Origin: Takakia lepidozioides
Taxonomy: Eukaryota > Plantae > Bryophyta
Direction of reading: 5' to 3'
Assembly: GCA_030704615.1 (NCBI GenBank)
Contig: CM060733.1
Span: 71,424,001 to 71,488,000, forward strand
Length of the DNA stretch: 64,000 bases
The position numbers were made by a program, and so were the translations under genes. The notes below the pieces were generated by a model that was given only the letters and a program-made list of their open reading frames with translations, did not search any database and was not told the origin of the DNA. Below are positions 49,601 to 61,469 of this stretch, one piece after another (the stretch's first letter is position 1; every line of letters begins with the position of its first letter).

Positions 49601-52543
49601 CAGGGACTTGGCCATTTTCGGGCTAAGTCCCTAGGGTGGCTGGCCCCGAAGTGGAAATTCGGCGCCATTTTCCAGTTGTAGGCCCTATTGCCGTTCAGGG
49701 ACTTAGCCATTTTCGGGCTAAGTCCCTAGACTGGCTGGCCCCGAAGTGGAAATTCGGCGCCATTTTCCAGTTCCAGGCCCTATTGCCGTTCAGGGACTTA
49801 GCCATTTTCGGGCTAAGTCCCTAGGGTGGCTGGCCCCGAACTGGAAATTCGGCGCCATTTTCCAGTTCTAGGCCCTATTGCCGTTCAGGGACTTAGCCAT
49901 TTTCGGGCTAAGTCCCTAGGGTGGCTGGCCCTGAACTGGAAATTCGGCGCCATTTTTCCAGTTCTAGGCCCTATTGCGGTTCTGGGACTTAGCCATCTTC
50001 GGGCCAAACCGGGAAAAATGGCGCCGAATTTCCAGTTCAAGGCTCCCAAGATGGCTAAGTCCCTAGGGTGGCAGTCACCAAAAACCGAAATTCGGCGCCA
50101 TTTTTCCATTTCTAGGCCCACTCACATCCGCCCCAACCTGGGAAAATGATGCCAAATATGCATTTCAGGGACCTCATTGTGTTTTTCATGAATGCAGGTA
50201 CTGCAAGTTCTCCCTTTTGGAGAAAGGTCATCTGTCTTTCGAGCCACCATTCTTCCTGGCATGGAGGAACCCTGGGGCTGACTCCATGTACACTGACGAT
50301 ATTGTGAAGGAGTGGCATTTGGAACATTTGCGTGATTGCCCTTGGTATGTGGACCTTCCGCCCGGCTCGCTCGACCCATCCGAGTTTCAATTGAAGCTGG
50401 ATGCTGAATTCCGATGAAACCGGGCTCCGCTGCCTCCGTTGGGTGCAAAAGAGGCAAAAGCGCTTGCGAACTCCAAGAAAGCGGCAGAGCTTGCTCAGGC
50501 AGGAATTCAGAAGAAATTGCATGAGAAGAGTAAAGGCCAAAGGAAAAGGACAAGGAAACAAGTGAGTGCAGTAACACCCAAAAAGAAGAAAACCATCGGG
50601 GCATCGGAGGAGGCGCAGGAGGGGACCCAAGAGAGTGACTCCGACGACGACTTTGTTCAAGGTCCTGCAACTGCTGTTGCTCCTACCCAGTCACCGGTCG
50701 TCCAGGTTCCCAAGTCAGTTCGGAGTGGGACTGGCTCTGCCAAGAAGTTGGCATTTGAGGGCGAGCCTACACGGCGGTATTCGGCGGTGACGTTTACGCA
50801 CAGGCCAAAGCTAGAACCTCCAACCATCATCCAATGCGTCAATGAGAGCTTCCTTGACGCTCTTGCCAGGGCGAAGAAGGTGGCACACAGCAAGTCTCTG
50901 GCGGAGCAGAAGGGGAAAGCCAAGAAGAGGGCTGCCGGTACAGAGCCTAAAGACACCCCTGGTTTTGAAGCCATGATGGAATTCTTCACGGCTGTGAGCA
51001 CGAATTGCAAGAGCACTCGGGGGGGGGGGTTGAGGTGGAGAGAGCTTGCGACATGATTCTCCTCGACATTCCAGATGGGGAGCTGTTGGAGGGCCTGGAT
51101 GGTGTGCCCACCTGGAACAGGTTTACTGAGGACTACTGGAAAGCCGGGTTTGGGCTGGCGGGGATGCTTCTGGATGACGGTGGATGTGTGGTTGTCCTTG
51201 CCACGAGAGGGAAGACCACAGAGAATGCGGTGGCAAGGTGGACACCCAAAAGTGTCACCCCGGTCCTCCTCAGAAAATGGTTCTGCATCAGTACACAGGG
51301 GTTGCGAACAGAGGGCCAAAGTGTAAGTTATCAATCTATTGCATTCACTTCATATTGTGGTGTATGTTAAGTAGGCCCTGGAGTTGATCCCTTCTTTGTT
51401 GGATGTGCAGACATTGGTGTTTGAGGCATATTGCTTTGTGAAGAGAGGGTCTACGTTCAAATTCCGCAACGACGGTCGTCTTGTTGATGCCGCTGTGGAC
51501 CCTGTAACCTACGATGTCCTCTACAACTATGTGCCCCACTCCAGTATGCCGAAGGACACAAAGATATGCGAACCGTGGCGGTACAGCCGGACCCGGAGCC
51601 CTGCTTTCATCCAAACCCTCATGGAGACGTGCTCGGATGTCCAAGGGCGGATTCTCGACCTCACATGCGGCACGGGTAAGCCTTCACATGCTCAGTTTGT
51701 CCCCTGGCCCGATTGCAATTGCATGCCGCAAGCTATTAACCGCCGCTTTGTTCCTCAGGTGCTTCAATGTGGGCAGGGACGTTGTCCGACAGACATGTGT
51801 TCGCCTTCGAGCCAGATACTGCCCTCCACAACTCGGAACTTGCAGCGGCTGAACGTCTGCCGAAAGAGGAAGAGGCATCCTCGGAGGATGAGGAAAAATC
51901 CGAGAAGGAGCAGGGGGAGGAAGTTGGGATCGAGGCCGAGGAGCCCCCGGTTTACGAGTGAGTGGTGGCATTGTAAGTTGCCTCCAGATTTGGTGAGGCA
52001 CCTCCCTCCGCTCTCTTATTTCATTGAAAACCCTTTCTGGTTGTGCTGGTATTGACATTCTTGAAGTGGATTTGTTCTTACTGTAGGATGCCAAGTACTG
52101 CCGGAGGGACGTCTGCACCGGAGTTCATGGGCAGGAGGAACGTGCCTTTTTTTGCCAGGGGGGATTTCATGCCTAGTCCAGAAAGGGAGTACATTCCTAC
52201 TTATGCTGCCCGGCTTGCTTCGGTGTCCATTAGGAGGTGTTCCGAACGTAGTCGTGTACAGCAGATTTTAGACGAGGCAAGCCTCAAGAAAATGAAGATG
52301 AGGGAGGAGGCAGCAGCTATTAGAGCCCGTCGGGCTCGTAGATTTGTCTTGGATTCTGCTGAGGAAAGTGGGGGAGAAGAGGCAGAAGATTCCCAGGAGG
52401 TGAGGTGGACAGTCCCCCGAGGAGAGGACAGGATTTTTGAGAGGCATAGTGGAACTGATGCATCACAGAGCTCGGAGGATGAGGGGGATGAGGGGGATGA
52501 GGAAGAAGGTGGGGCAAGTTCCTCGGAGGGTGTAGGAGAGTAG
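46603..52543 (+). pseudogene. Nine-exon gene: charged N-terminus + ParB/Srx-like domain + beta-class N4/N6 DNA methyltransferase-like domain + acidic tail; this copy is disabled
   Basis: Phase-consistent GT-AG exons: ~46603-48020, 48139-48328, 48432-48716, 48802-48927, 48996-49228, 50198-51322, 51411-51675, 51759-51957, 52087-52543 (start codon uncertain). ParB-like: IPLCRLV..VRP...FYVWDGNHRLLAW. MTase: CDMILLDIPDG (motif IV-like), RSPAFIQTLMETCS..GRILDLTCGTG (X/I), RHVFAFEPD (II). Stops at 47587, 48209, 49026, 49050 and 50415; G11 frameshift at 51019-51029. Confidence 0.8.
49290..50110. repeat. Intronic 95-bp tandem array with 10 GGAAATTCGGCGCCATTTTCC cores
   Basis: GGCGCC centres at 49304, 49376, 49471, 49566, 49661, 49756, 49851, 49946, 50020 and 50094. 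The first and ninth are inverted. The array lies in intron 5 of the ParB-MTase gene. Confidence 0.95.
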
Positions 52544-54189
52544 TGCCCATTCCGGCTATGACAGTTAGAACACACTTGTATAGACGTGGCTTGCCACAAA
52601 ATTTGCAATAAAATGTTGCATTTCAAGTCCACTGGTGCCACATTCCAACTTAACATGACCCTATTTTCGTGCCTCCTAACCCTATTTCCGTGGACTCACA
52701 ATGGTCTGCTCATGCTTTTTTTTTTTCCGCTCATGCTCATGCCGCTCATGAAATAGCAGCCCCCGGATTGTAGCGCCTTGGAGTGACAGAAGGGCCCTCG
52801 CAAGTCTATGTAGAGACAGATTAGAGACAGAGATGTCAAGGAGGGTTATTTCCTACACACTCCCTTCTCAACCCTTCACTCTCCTTCACGTCGTCATTGA
52901 GGGAAGTACCTCCTTTACGGAAGGGTAGAATGACAGAGAGTTTGCCGAGCAGGTGAGAATGAGGGCCCGCACTCATGTATGAGAGTTTCTTGCGTGGAAG
53001 AAGAGTGCTACATAGGGGGGATTTTTTGCGCGGGAACTTTTTATTGCATTCGTTGCGCCAAAAATCCAAGAACCCAAGAAATTCAAGTGATTTCACATTC
53101 TTTTGTCATCTTGAGGTTTACTAGCTAGCTTGAGTCCTAACATGCTTGATAGTATGCAGGCTGCACAGAGCGTTGCCCACAAAGGCAGTGCGAAAGCGGG
53201 CCCCACGCAAACTAGTGGTTGAAGGTGAGCCAAGGCGGTCATCTAGGTTCGTACTACAGCTTCCACCACGGAGCATGGCCACAGAGGGAGAACCCGACGA
53301 TCGACGCTACACTACAGGCGACTCAGACACCGACGACAACACCTGCCCTCCAAACGATGAAGGCACTGGTAACACTAATCCCCTCCATGATGGGAAAGGG
53401 AAGAGACCCGTTGAAATGCCTCCAAGGCCGCCTGCCAAACGTCTTGCACCACAGCAGTACATATCAACCGTGGTGAGTGCTACTCCTACACACATTAACC
53501 CTAAGCTCCATCTCTATGTGTATTAGGTGCATATTTGGGTTTGGATCCATAATGTAGACAACACACTGTGGGTGTTGATATGCCAGAGTAGAGATCAAAA
53601 AGCCCCAGTTCGATTTGGGAGGTTCAGCAAAGATGATTTCGCCAAATTTTGGGTCATTCCACTACCCTGCATTCTCTTGTCTTGCTTCATAGGTGGTAAG
53701 GGCTTTGGCCATTTGGTATTGGTGATTTGGTGCAATCTCATGAGAAAAACCTAATTACAAACACCAAAGTGATGTGCTTTTGCTTGTGAGGATATGAACA
53801 TAAAAAAAGGAACAATTGATCTAGCATGTTCAGGAAAGTACTGAAAATACTCTAGTTGTGCTAATTCCAGATGCAGACTTGATGTGTGGATTTATCAGTC
53901 AGGATTTGCAGTGGCAGTGTCTTGCCTGGATCATGTTGGTAGATGTCCACTTACTGCGTAATGTTTAATGTGGCAGTCAAGAAGCAAACGGGGGAGAGGA
54001 AAATTTGCTGGGACCCTTCAACGTAGCCCTGCGCGTGGCACATTTGCGCCCATGGAAGGGGGACATGCTCAAAATCCAACTGGCTGTTCTCGCCCAATCC
54101 GTCCACCCCCTCACCCCCATGAAAGGTATAGTGATGTATGTGGTTCTAGCAGTCAATTAGGTTGAACAACATAGGGGGGTGTCATTGAC

Positions 54190-54905
54190 CTTGTGTCATG
54201 ACCCATGGAGGATTTGACTGACCATGAACCCAAGAGGACCTCTTGCGTGTGCTGCTCGTGTCTGTAGTCAAGTAATGTCGGATTGGTCTGTGACAACCAC
54301 CACGGTGCAGCTGAGCAGGCAAAGATTGAAACACGGCCTACTCCAACCACCACAGATCCACCCAGCGAGCTAACTTATAGAATTCGATATGCATCTCGGG
54401 GCCGAGTCTGATGAGAGGGCAAAACAGGCTGAAAATAGGTCGAAGAAGAAGGTGCCCTCACCACATTGTCCTTGACCTTGTATCATGACCCATGATGGAG
54501 GATTTGACGGACATCAACCCAAAATGACCTCTTGTGTGTGCTGCTTATGTCTGTAGTCAGGTAACGTCAGATTGGTCTGTGAGAACCACCACGGTGCAGC
54601 TAAGCGGGCAGAGATAGAAACACGACGTGCTCCAACCACCACAGATCCACCGAACGAGCTAACTTCCAGAATTCGATATGCATCTCAGGGCCGAGTTTGA
54701 TGAGAGGGCAAAACAGGCTGAAAATAGGTCGAAGAAGAAGGTGCCCTCACCACATTGTCCTCGACCTTCTGGCCTGACCCATGGAGGATTTGACCGACCA
54801 TCAACCCAAAAGGACCTCTTGTGTGTGCTGCTTGTGTCAGGTAACTTAATGTCGGATTGGTATGTGAGAACCACCACGGTGCAGCTGGGCGGGCAGAGAT
54901 TGAAA
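54190..54905. repeat. ~288-bp tandem repeat, ~2.5 copies
   Basis: The unit TGACCCATGGAGGATTTGAC...AACCACCACGGTGCAGCT...GAAGAAGAAGGTGCCCTCACCACATTGTCC recurs at ~54200, 54486 and 54776. Confidence 0.85.
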
Positions 54906-55120
54906 CAATCTATCCCTATATACCGTTCATTTATGGGTCTTCATTTATGAATATTTACATGTGTAAGATTCATGTATGGGTCTTATCCAATCAAGGTATA
55001 TTCAAGCTAACATTTTAAGTTTTTTTGGGCACCAATGCGTGGTCTCTCCCTTATAGGGAGGAGCCAATAAAACAATAAAAAAAGAACTATTTGTGCGGCT
55101 GTTATTTCGATGACCGTGAA

Positions 55121-55207
55121 AGGCCCATTAGATGAGAAATCAAACGAAGACAGCTGACCTCCACAGTCTTTGCTTTCATCGTGCTGGCAGTCGCTTTAGG
55201 GTTAGGG
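55121..55207 (+). promoter_or_regulatory. Site II element (GGCCCA) and telo-box-like TTTAGGGTTAGGG upstream of RRP8
   Basis: AGGCCCATT at 55121 and TTTAGGGTTAGGG at 55195. This pairing is typical of plant ribosome-biogenesis gene promoters. Confidence 0.55.
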
Positions 55208-55337
55208 CTGTGTGCGATATCCTTGTGGTCGCTATTCGCAGTCGTCAAATGCCTGCAGTTGTCTCCTCCCAAATGCCGATCTTTCTAGGCTAGACTCTTA
55301 AGCTCTCTCTATTTCTGTCTGTGCAGTGCACGCAGGG

Positions 55338-58300
55338 ATGACAGAACTTGCGCAGAAAAAGCTGTCGAAGCACGCAGGCCTTCACACGAATGTTGCTCTA
55401 CGAAAACAAAGAAAACGGGGCAAGGATGGAGATACTGAAATGGATGTTGTTTCAAGAAAGCGGCAGAAGAGAGACAAATGCGGCAATGATGCTGCTGAAG
55501 GGAAGCAGTGCACAGGACATGAAGGTGAGGAGATTGTGAGGCATGCAGCAGGTAGACGTAAGCGGAAGCACGGTGGTGAAGGTGTGGACAGGGCTGCACA
55601 AGAGAGGCAGAAGAAAGTGGTGGGTGGTGGAGCGATGGGAGAAGATGAACGAAGAAATCTGAAGAAGAAGGAAACTAAACGTGAACCTGGTTCTCCTCTA
55701 CAAATGACGCATAACTGTAGTTCAACCGTAGCACAGGCGACTCTGATGAACAAGCAATGGTCGAATACAGCGAAACTGAACGTTAATGCGATTGACGGTT
55801 CGGCCCTGACAGTAGCTGCCGGAAGCAAGTCAGAGCAGCGACACGGCCTTCCGAAATCCAGCAACTTTCTAGACAAGGTTGCATTTTTTGTATCTTTCTA
55901 GCAGCGGACTGGAACCCAGCCGTTGATCTATCTATTTTTGTTAATCGCAGTTACCTAGTTATTGTGGTCGACTCTACCTTTTGCTGGTACAGATCGTGTT
56001 GCTTGGCCTACTGCGGACAACGGTCAATGGCTTGGGTCAGTAAGCCCGTATTAACCTAACCCAGGTCAAAGGATGAGCCAATCGCAGCTCGTGTCCATGC
56101 CCCTGTGACTAAGTGATAGACGGTCGAGGACCAACCAAAGAATTACGGATGGTGCTCAACATTAACTGTAAAGCAAAAGCGAACAGTTCAGCTACACGTT
56201 TGTCCCGGTTTTGACCCCTGATTGACCACTAAATGCGCTGTCATTATGTCTAGAATTTGCAGGATACAAACCACCTTTTTTCTCTTTTTTTCCCCTTTTT
56301 TTTCCCCGTCTGAAGCCTTTCTTCTCGGACTTGCACGATTGTGGATGTCATGCTGTCGTTTTTCAGGCTCTTGAAGAGTGCTTGGTCTCACATAGTGTTG
56401 GGGAAGATGTGGAGGTGGAGAGTTGGAACGAGAGAGTGAGATATTCTGTGATTGGAGTCTGCAGATGCGTGCCAGGCTATCTGGGGGTCAGTTCCGAATG
56501 CTAAATGAAACTCTCTACACTTGCAGGTGATTTTTCTTGAACATGTATTTTGAAGGGTCTGTTGGTGTCCTTATGTCTTTTCCTCCTTTCAGCTTGCTTA
56601 TCTGTAGGCTCTTTTGATGCCTGTGTTTGGATGTGCAGAGGCGAGGATGCCTTCAGGCTCTTTCAGAAAGATGCGGATGCCTTTCAGCTGGTAAGATTGT
56701 ATACGATGTATTATGGTTGTGTAAACATATGATGAAGATGTTTGCATAAATCTCACGGCCCATTCTTATATCCAGATTGAGGCTGGTCAGAAAGCTATTG
56801 TGACTATGGGGGTGTTGCTAGCACTGGTCTGGGAAAATAGCCAGCTGAGCGAGGGTGCTCGTGTCAAAAGTCTTCAAGAGGATTTTACGGTTTTTCTGAT
56901 TTGGCCGTGACTAGGTTTTCTCATTTTGCTAGGAACAATTTTAGATATCTGGGAACTAGAAGTAACCTTGGTGGTTGGATGTTGGCATGCACAGTATCAT
57001 GCTGGGTATCTGGGGCAGATGTCTCACTGGCCACGACAACCGGTGCAAGTAGTTATTGAGTGGCTCAAAGCTCGTAACCCAAGGTTGGTGGTTGCCGACT
57101 TTGGTTGTGGTATACTTTCAGTCCTCACTCTTTTTCCCCCTCCCATCTACAAAGGCAGGTTACACTACTGTAGTGAGCCTTCAGCACTGCTAACTGCCAC
57201 CATTGTGCTCCTCTTGTCTCCTGTGATTCTGCTCCATCCAAGCCATATGCTGTGTCGCTGTCCTCAATGCTACATGAAGCTAAGTTGAATGAGTACATCT
57301 CATTTTAGCCTCCCTCTTGAGCATGGGCAGAAGCACTGTAGCTCGTGACTTATTGATACACATGAGTATCCGAGTGCCAAAGGTTTTGGTCTTCATGTTT
57401 GGCTTATTCAAGGGCATGGTCGGTTCTATTGCAACAGGGGATGCACGTTTAGCAAAAGGTGTACAGAACAAAGTTCACTCATTGGACCTCATAGCGTGCA
57501 ATGAGTCTGTAATTGCATGCAACATGGCCAAAGTGAGTATTTCTTGGTGCTTCTTTTGACCTTGGATGCTGGAGTTAACTTTTGTAAAGCTTCAGAAGAG
57601 CAAAGAAGATTGTGAGATCTGAAAGAGTTTTGGTGCATGTGGCAGACGCCATTGGAGACACGGTCTGTTGATGTGGCTGTTTTCTGCTTGTCGCTGATGG
57701 GAGTGGACTACCCCAGCTTTTTGAAAGAGGCACACCGTGTTCTGAAACCCAGGTTTGTGCAAAATCCTGTATGCTTATGCAAATACAGAGATGGAGGGAG
57801 GGAGATAGAGAAGTAATTGGATGTTTGCAGAAGACTTTTCAGTATTTCAGGTCCATCACTTTTTGACATTCATTGTTAACATTTAAGAACTGGGGCAGGG
57901 GGTGGCTGCTGATAGCCGAGGTGAAGAGCCGGTTGGATGTAGCCAATGGTGGCGCTGACCCGCACCAGTTTGTGCAAGCACTCAATGGGCTAGGCTTCTC
58001 ACCTGTCTCCCAGGTTTGCAGCGGTCCTTAAAATTGGTCTCTGCAATTCAAGAAACCAGTTCCTGGATCTGTTTGCAGGAACATTCTGTGATCCTAACCT
58101 GTGAATGTTTAATGAGATTTTTAATGAGTCGAAGGTTGTTCTCTCATGCCTAATTGTCATGCTTTAATTGTAAGGTGGGATTGCCCCTTGTGGAACCAAC
58201 ATAATTGGAATGGTACAGACTTGCTTATGTGCGAAACATCATTTGCAGTCCCAGTAGCCAAGTAGGAGTACCTCTCTTGATGACAACCACTTTTTATCTT

Positions 58301-59057
58301 AGATGTCAGAGGCTTTATTGTTTGCCTGTAGTGTCTGCTTGTAGTGTCCAGTATTGTCTCTATAACTGTAAGTCCCAGTAAAGTTCTCCATAATCGACAA
58401 TGAATGGTTGGGTCCAGCCCCTGGTCTACTTGCTTGCATGGTTTGTACGTCGCTAATGTCATCTCCACATGTGTCTCAGGATGTCTCCAACAAAATGTTT
58501 ATTATGTTTCATTTCAGAAAACAGGTATGCAAAGAACTGTCCTGCTCTCTATAAGCTGCTGCATTCTGAATGGTTGACTATTTTATCACAATGATTTCAT
58601 CTCAGTCGCTTCTAAAGCCAATCCAGTTGCAGGCAACTAGAACTTCGCCTGTAGGACTCAGCAGGTCCTGGCTACATGTTAACCAAACAGTTAGGTGAAG
58701 CGTTTTTCGCCCAAGAAAAGAGTGATATTGTAGCATCATTTAACCAATTGGGTCTGCTTTTGTGATCAGTGATGTAAACAAAATCTTGCTAGAGCTTTGA
58801 CAGTAATCTATGGCCTTGGTTCTATATCCACCTACAAGAGATTACTATGCAGCTATACCCTTGGCAAGCCTCTCATCTTTCCTAGAGGCCAAAACTGCAT
58901 GGAAGGGGTCCTTGTTGGAGGAAGGAAGCTCATAGGGATTTCACAAACTTGAGAATCCAACTGAAGTATGGCATGGAATTTGCAGGCGGGAAAGAGTAGG
59001 AAGAAGTCGCAGATCAAGTGGCCAGAGTTGAAGCCATGTATCTACAAGAGGCGGTGA
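55338..59057 (+). CDS. RRP8: Ribosomal RNA-processing protein 8 (25S rRNA m1A methyltransferase / nucleomethylin), 9 coding exons, apparently intact
   Basis: Exons 55338-55877, 56465-56526, 56639-56690, 56995-57109, 57438-57532, 57646-57752, 57899-58013, 58480-58524, 58986-59057. Motifs [63 protein letters not shown]. Confidence 0.95.
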
Positions 59058-59132
59058 TGAAGTCGGTGGCAGTATACCCCAGCATTCTCACGTCAGTTTA
59101 AGAATGCTTGGAATTGCGTATGGAAGGGATGG

Positions 59133-59750
59133 GAGCTGACAGACAGGATGTCATAGATGAACTAAAACGATGTTTCTAAAGAGTCTGACAAAGTCCGTCA
59201 TAGGCTACTCTAGCAGTGCTGAGGAGCTAGGAAGAGATCATAGATCAACTGAAGTGATGTTTCTAAAAGAGGCAGTGACAAATCAGGTCATGGGTTACTC
59301 TAGCAGTGTTGAGGAATTAGGAGGAGCTGGACAATGAGCTGACAGACAGGATGTCATAGATGAACTAAAACGATGTTTCTAAAGAGTCTGACAAAGTCCG
59401 TCATAGGCTACTCTAGCAGTGCTGAGGAGCTAGGAAGAGATCATAGATCAACTGAAGTGATGTTTCTAAAAGAGGCAGTGACAAATCAGGTCATGGGTTA
59501 CTCTAGCAGTGTTGAGGAATTAGGAGGAGCTGGACAATTTGTTTCAATGTTAGCTTCTTACAGTCTAAGAGAAACCTATTGCAGTTCTGCCTATGTTCTC
59601 CTAGCACCATTTCTACAAGAGGCAGTGACAAATCAGGTAATAGGTTACTCTAGCAGTGTTGAGGAGTTAGGGGGAGCTGGACAATTTGTTTCAATGTTAG
59701 CTTCTTACAGTCTAAGAAAAGCCTATTGCAATTCTGCCTAGGTTCTCCTA
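59133..59750. repeat. Nested tandem duplications (204-bp unit with shorter subunits) downstream of RRP8
   Basis: Copies start at 59133 and 59337. The subunit TTTCTA(A/C)AAGAGGCAGTGACAAATCAGG...TACTCTAGCAGTG recurs about 5 times. Confidence 0.88.
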
Positions 59751-60429
59751 GCTCTTTTTCTCTATTAGCCGGGTGGCCTGGAATGTAAGTACGTTCTCAT
59801 TCAAATCTCTGTAGCTTCATGTTAAAAAATGACATTATGCATGTCTCCTGGGTTGTATCAGTGGGTTGTTTCCTTGTTGACTGGGTCTTCAGGTCCTCTC
59901 TGGTCGGCAAGGCATTCTTCTAGGTCTTGTAAACAGGTAGTTCACTCCTGCATCAGGCCCCATTACATTGTAGATGTAATATTTTCTATCTTGTTACTTA
60001 TGGGCCATTATTGGAAGGCCCAAACCTTACATGAATTTTGATTCATCTCATGACTACATCTGGTGCCAACAAGTGGTGAGACAAGCATCAATAGAGGACC
60101 GACAGAAGGAAAGGGATAGGGGAACATCAGGAAAGTTCAATTTAGGGCTTAATCTAACTATGATAAGGTTGACACAGGGGTGCAGGCAACATGAGAGGGA
60201 AAACGAAAGATCTTTTACCATCCAAATAATCCTGTCCTGCTTGGAATCATTTGCAAACGATACAAAGGCACTTCAATAAACAGATAATAGACCAAACACT
60301 GAAAATTTCAATAAGGAAAACCTGCAAAGGCAAAGCCTCATTTCTGAAAAATAATTCCTCTCTAGCTTAGTTACAGCAAAAGTGAATCCACAACACATTT
60401 GTTCAAAATTGTCCTGTCCCTCTAAAGCC

Positions 60430-60950
60430 TCCTCCCCCCCCCCCCCCCCCCGGCCCACAACCCCCCCTACCTCCAAAACCTCTACTTACATCCAGCCCCC
60501 CAACCGGCCCCCAACCGCCCCCGCGAAACCCCCCTCCCCCTGCACGCCCTCCAAATCCTCCCTGGCCTCCTCTCCCACCACGGCCTGTTTGTCATATGCA
60601 GTGTCAGTCAAATGACAGTTTCGCAAAAACACGAGCAAGTTTCATAAGAAAGAAGTGGCAGTTTCCAAGGGGATCCACTCATGCACAATGCCGAGGCTTG
60701 GAAAGGGCGCACACTAGAAAAGGCCCTGGGAGTTTAATGCGAGCCCTTCGGTCCTGCCTGCGTGGCACCCCCCCTCGGCCCCCACAGCCCTCCCCCCCCC
60801 CCTCCGGCTCCCGCGCGGCCCGCCCCCCGCTCTGCCGCCCCTCCCCTCGCCACCCCCCCGCCGCCCCCTCCCCCCCACCCCCCCCCCCCCCCCCCCCCCC
60901 CCCGCCCCCCCCCGCCCCCGCCCGCCCTCCCCGCCCCCCATCCGTCACCC
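60430..60950. repeat. C-rich low-complexity tracts (G-quadruplex-prone on the minus strand)
   Basis: Long poly-C runs at 60434-60451 and 60870-60940. Confidence 0.85.
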
Positions 60951-61189
60951 CATGGAATGTCGTTTATGTAACACATGATACATGTAGGTCATGCACGCAT
61001 CCATGCCAGATGTCAGATGTGGTCATGAACATAACATGAGCCCAAAGTGAGAGTGAAGCCAACACATGCATGGTTACACATGCGTACCCAAGTTTGAATT
61101 TCAAATTTGAAGTTTGAAATTTAGTATTATTTAATGGACATGACTGTTCGTCTACTTGTGGGATTTAGGATCAATGTGTGTAGGTATGG

Positions 61190-61310
61190 ATGGATGAGAG
61201 TAGGATGGATGTGCAATAAGATGGATGAGAGTAGGATGTATGTGTAATCAGATGGATGAGTAGGATGGATATGTAATCAGATGGGTGAGAGTAGGATGGA
61301 TGTGTAATCA
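61190..61310. repeat. Short tandem repeat GATGGATGAGAGTAGGATG...
   Basis: About 4 imperfect units of ~30 bp. Confidence 0.75.
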
Positions 61311-61469
61311 GCCTTATGTTCAGCCTGTATCAGCACCGCCTCCTCTTTGAATTGCAAATCGACATGTTGGTTGGCGAGAAATCTGAAGCCATCGTGTCCC
61401 ATCTTGTTTTGCTGCTTCGAAACCAAGTGCAACTGCCAAATGCAGGTGCTTTCAACCATCATGTATTGC

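Noticed and set aside
47587-50417. Stops repaired by U-to-C RNA editing
   Set aside because: Reverse editing is known only for organellar transcripts. This is a spliced nuclear gene, and 5mC deamination explains the stops.
46603-52543. Bacterial contamination as the source of the ParB-MTase
   Set aside because: The gene has eight phase-consistent spliceosomal introns and is contiguous with plant TEs and RRP8.
60382-61039. Extensin/formin-like poly-Pro and poly-Gly ORFs
   Set aside because: They are translations of poly-C tracts with no domain context.
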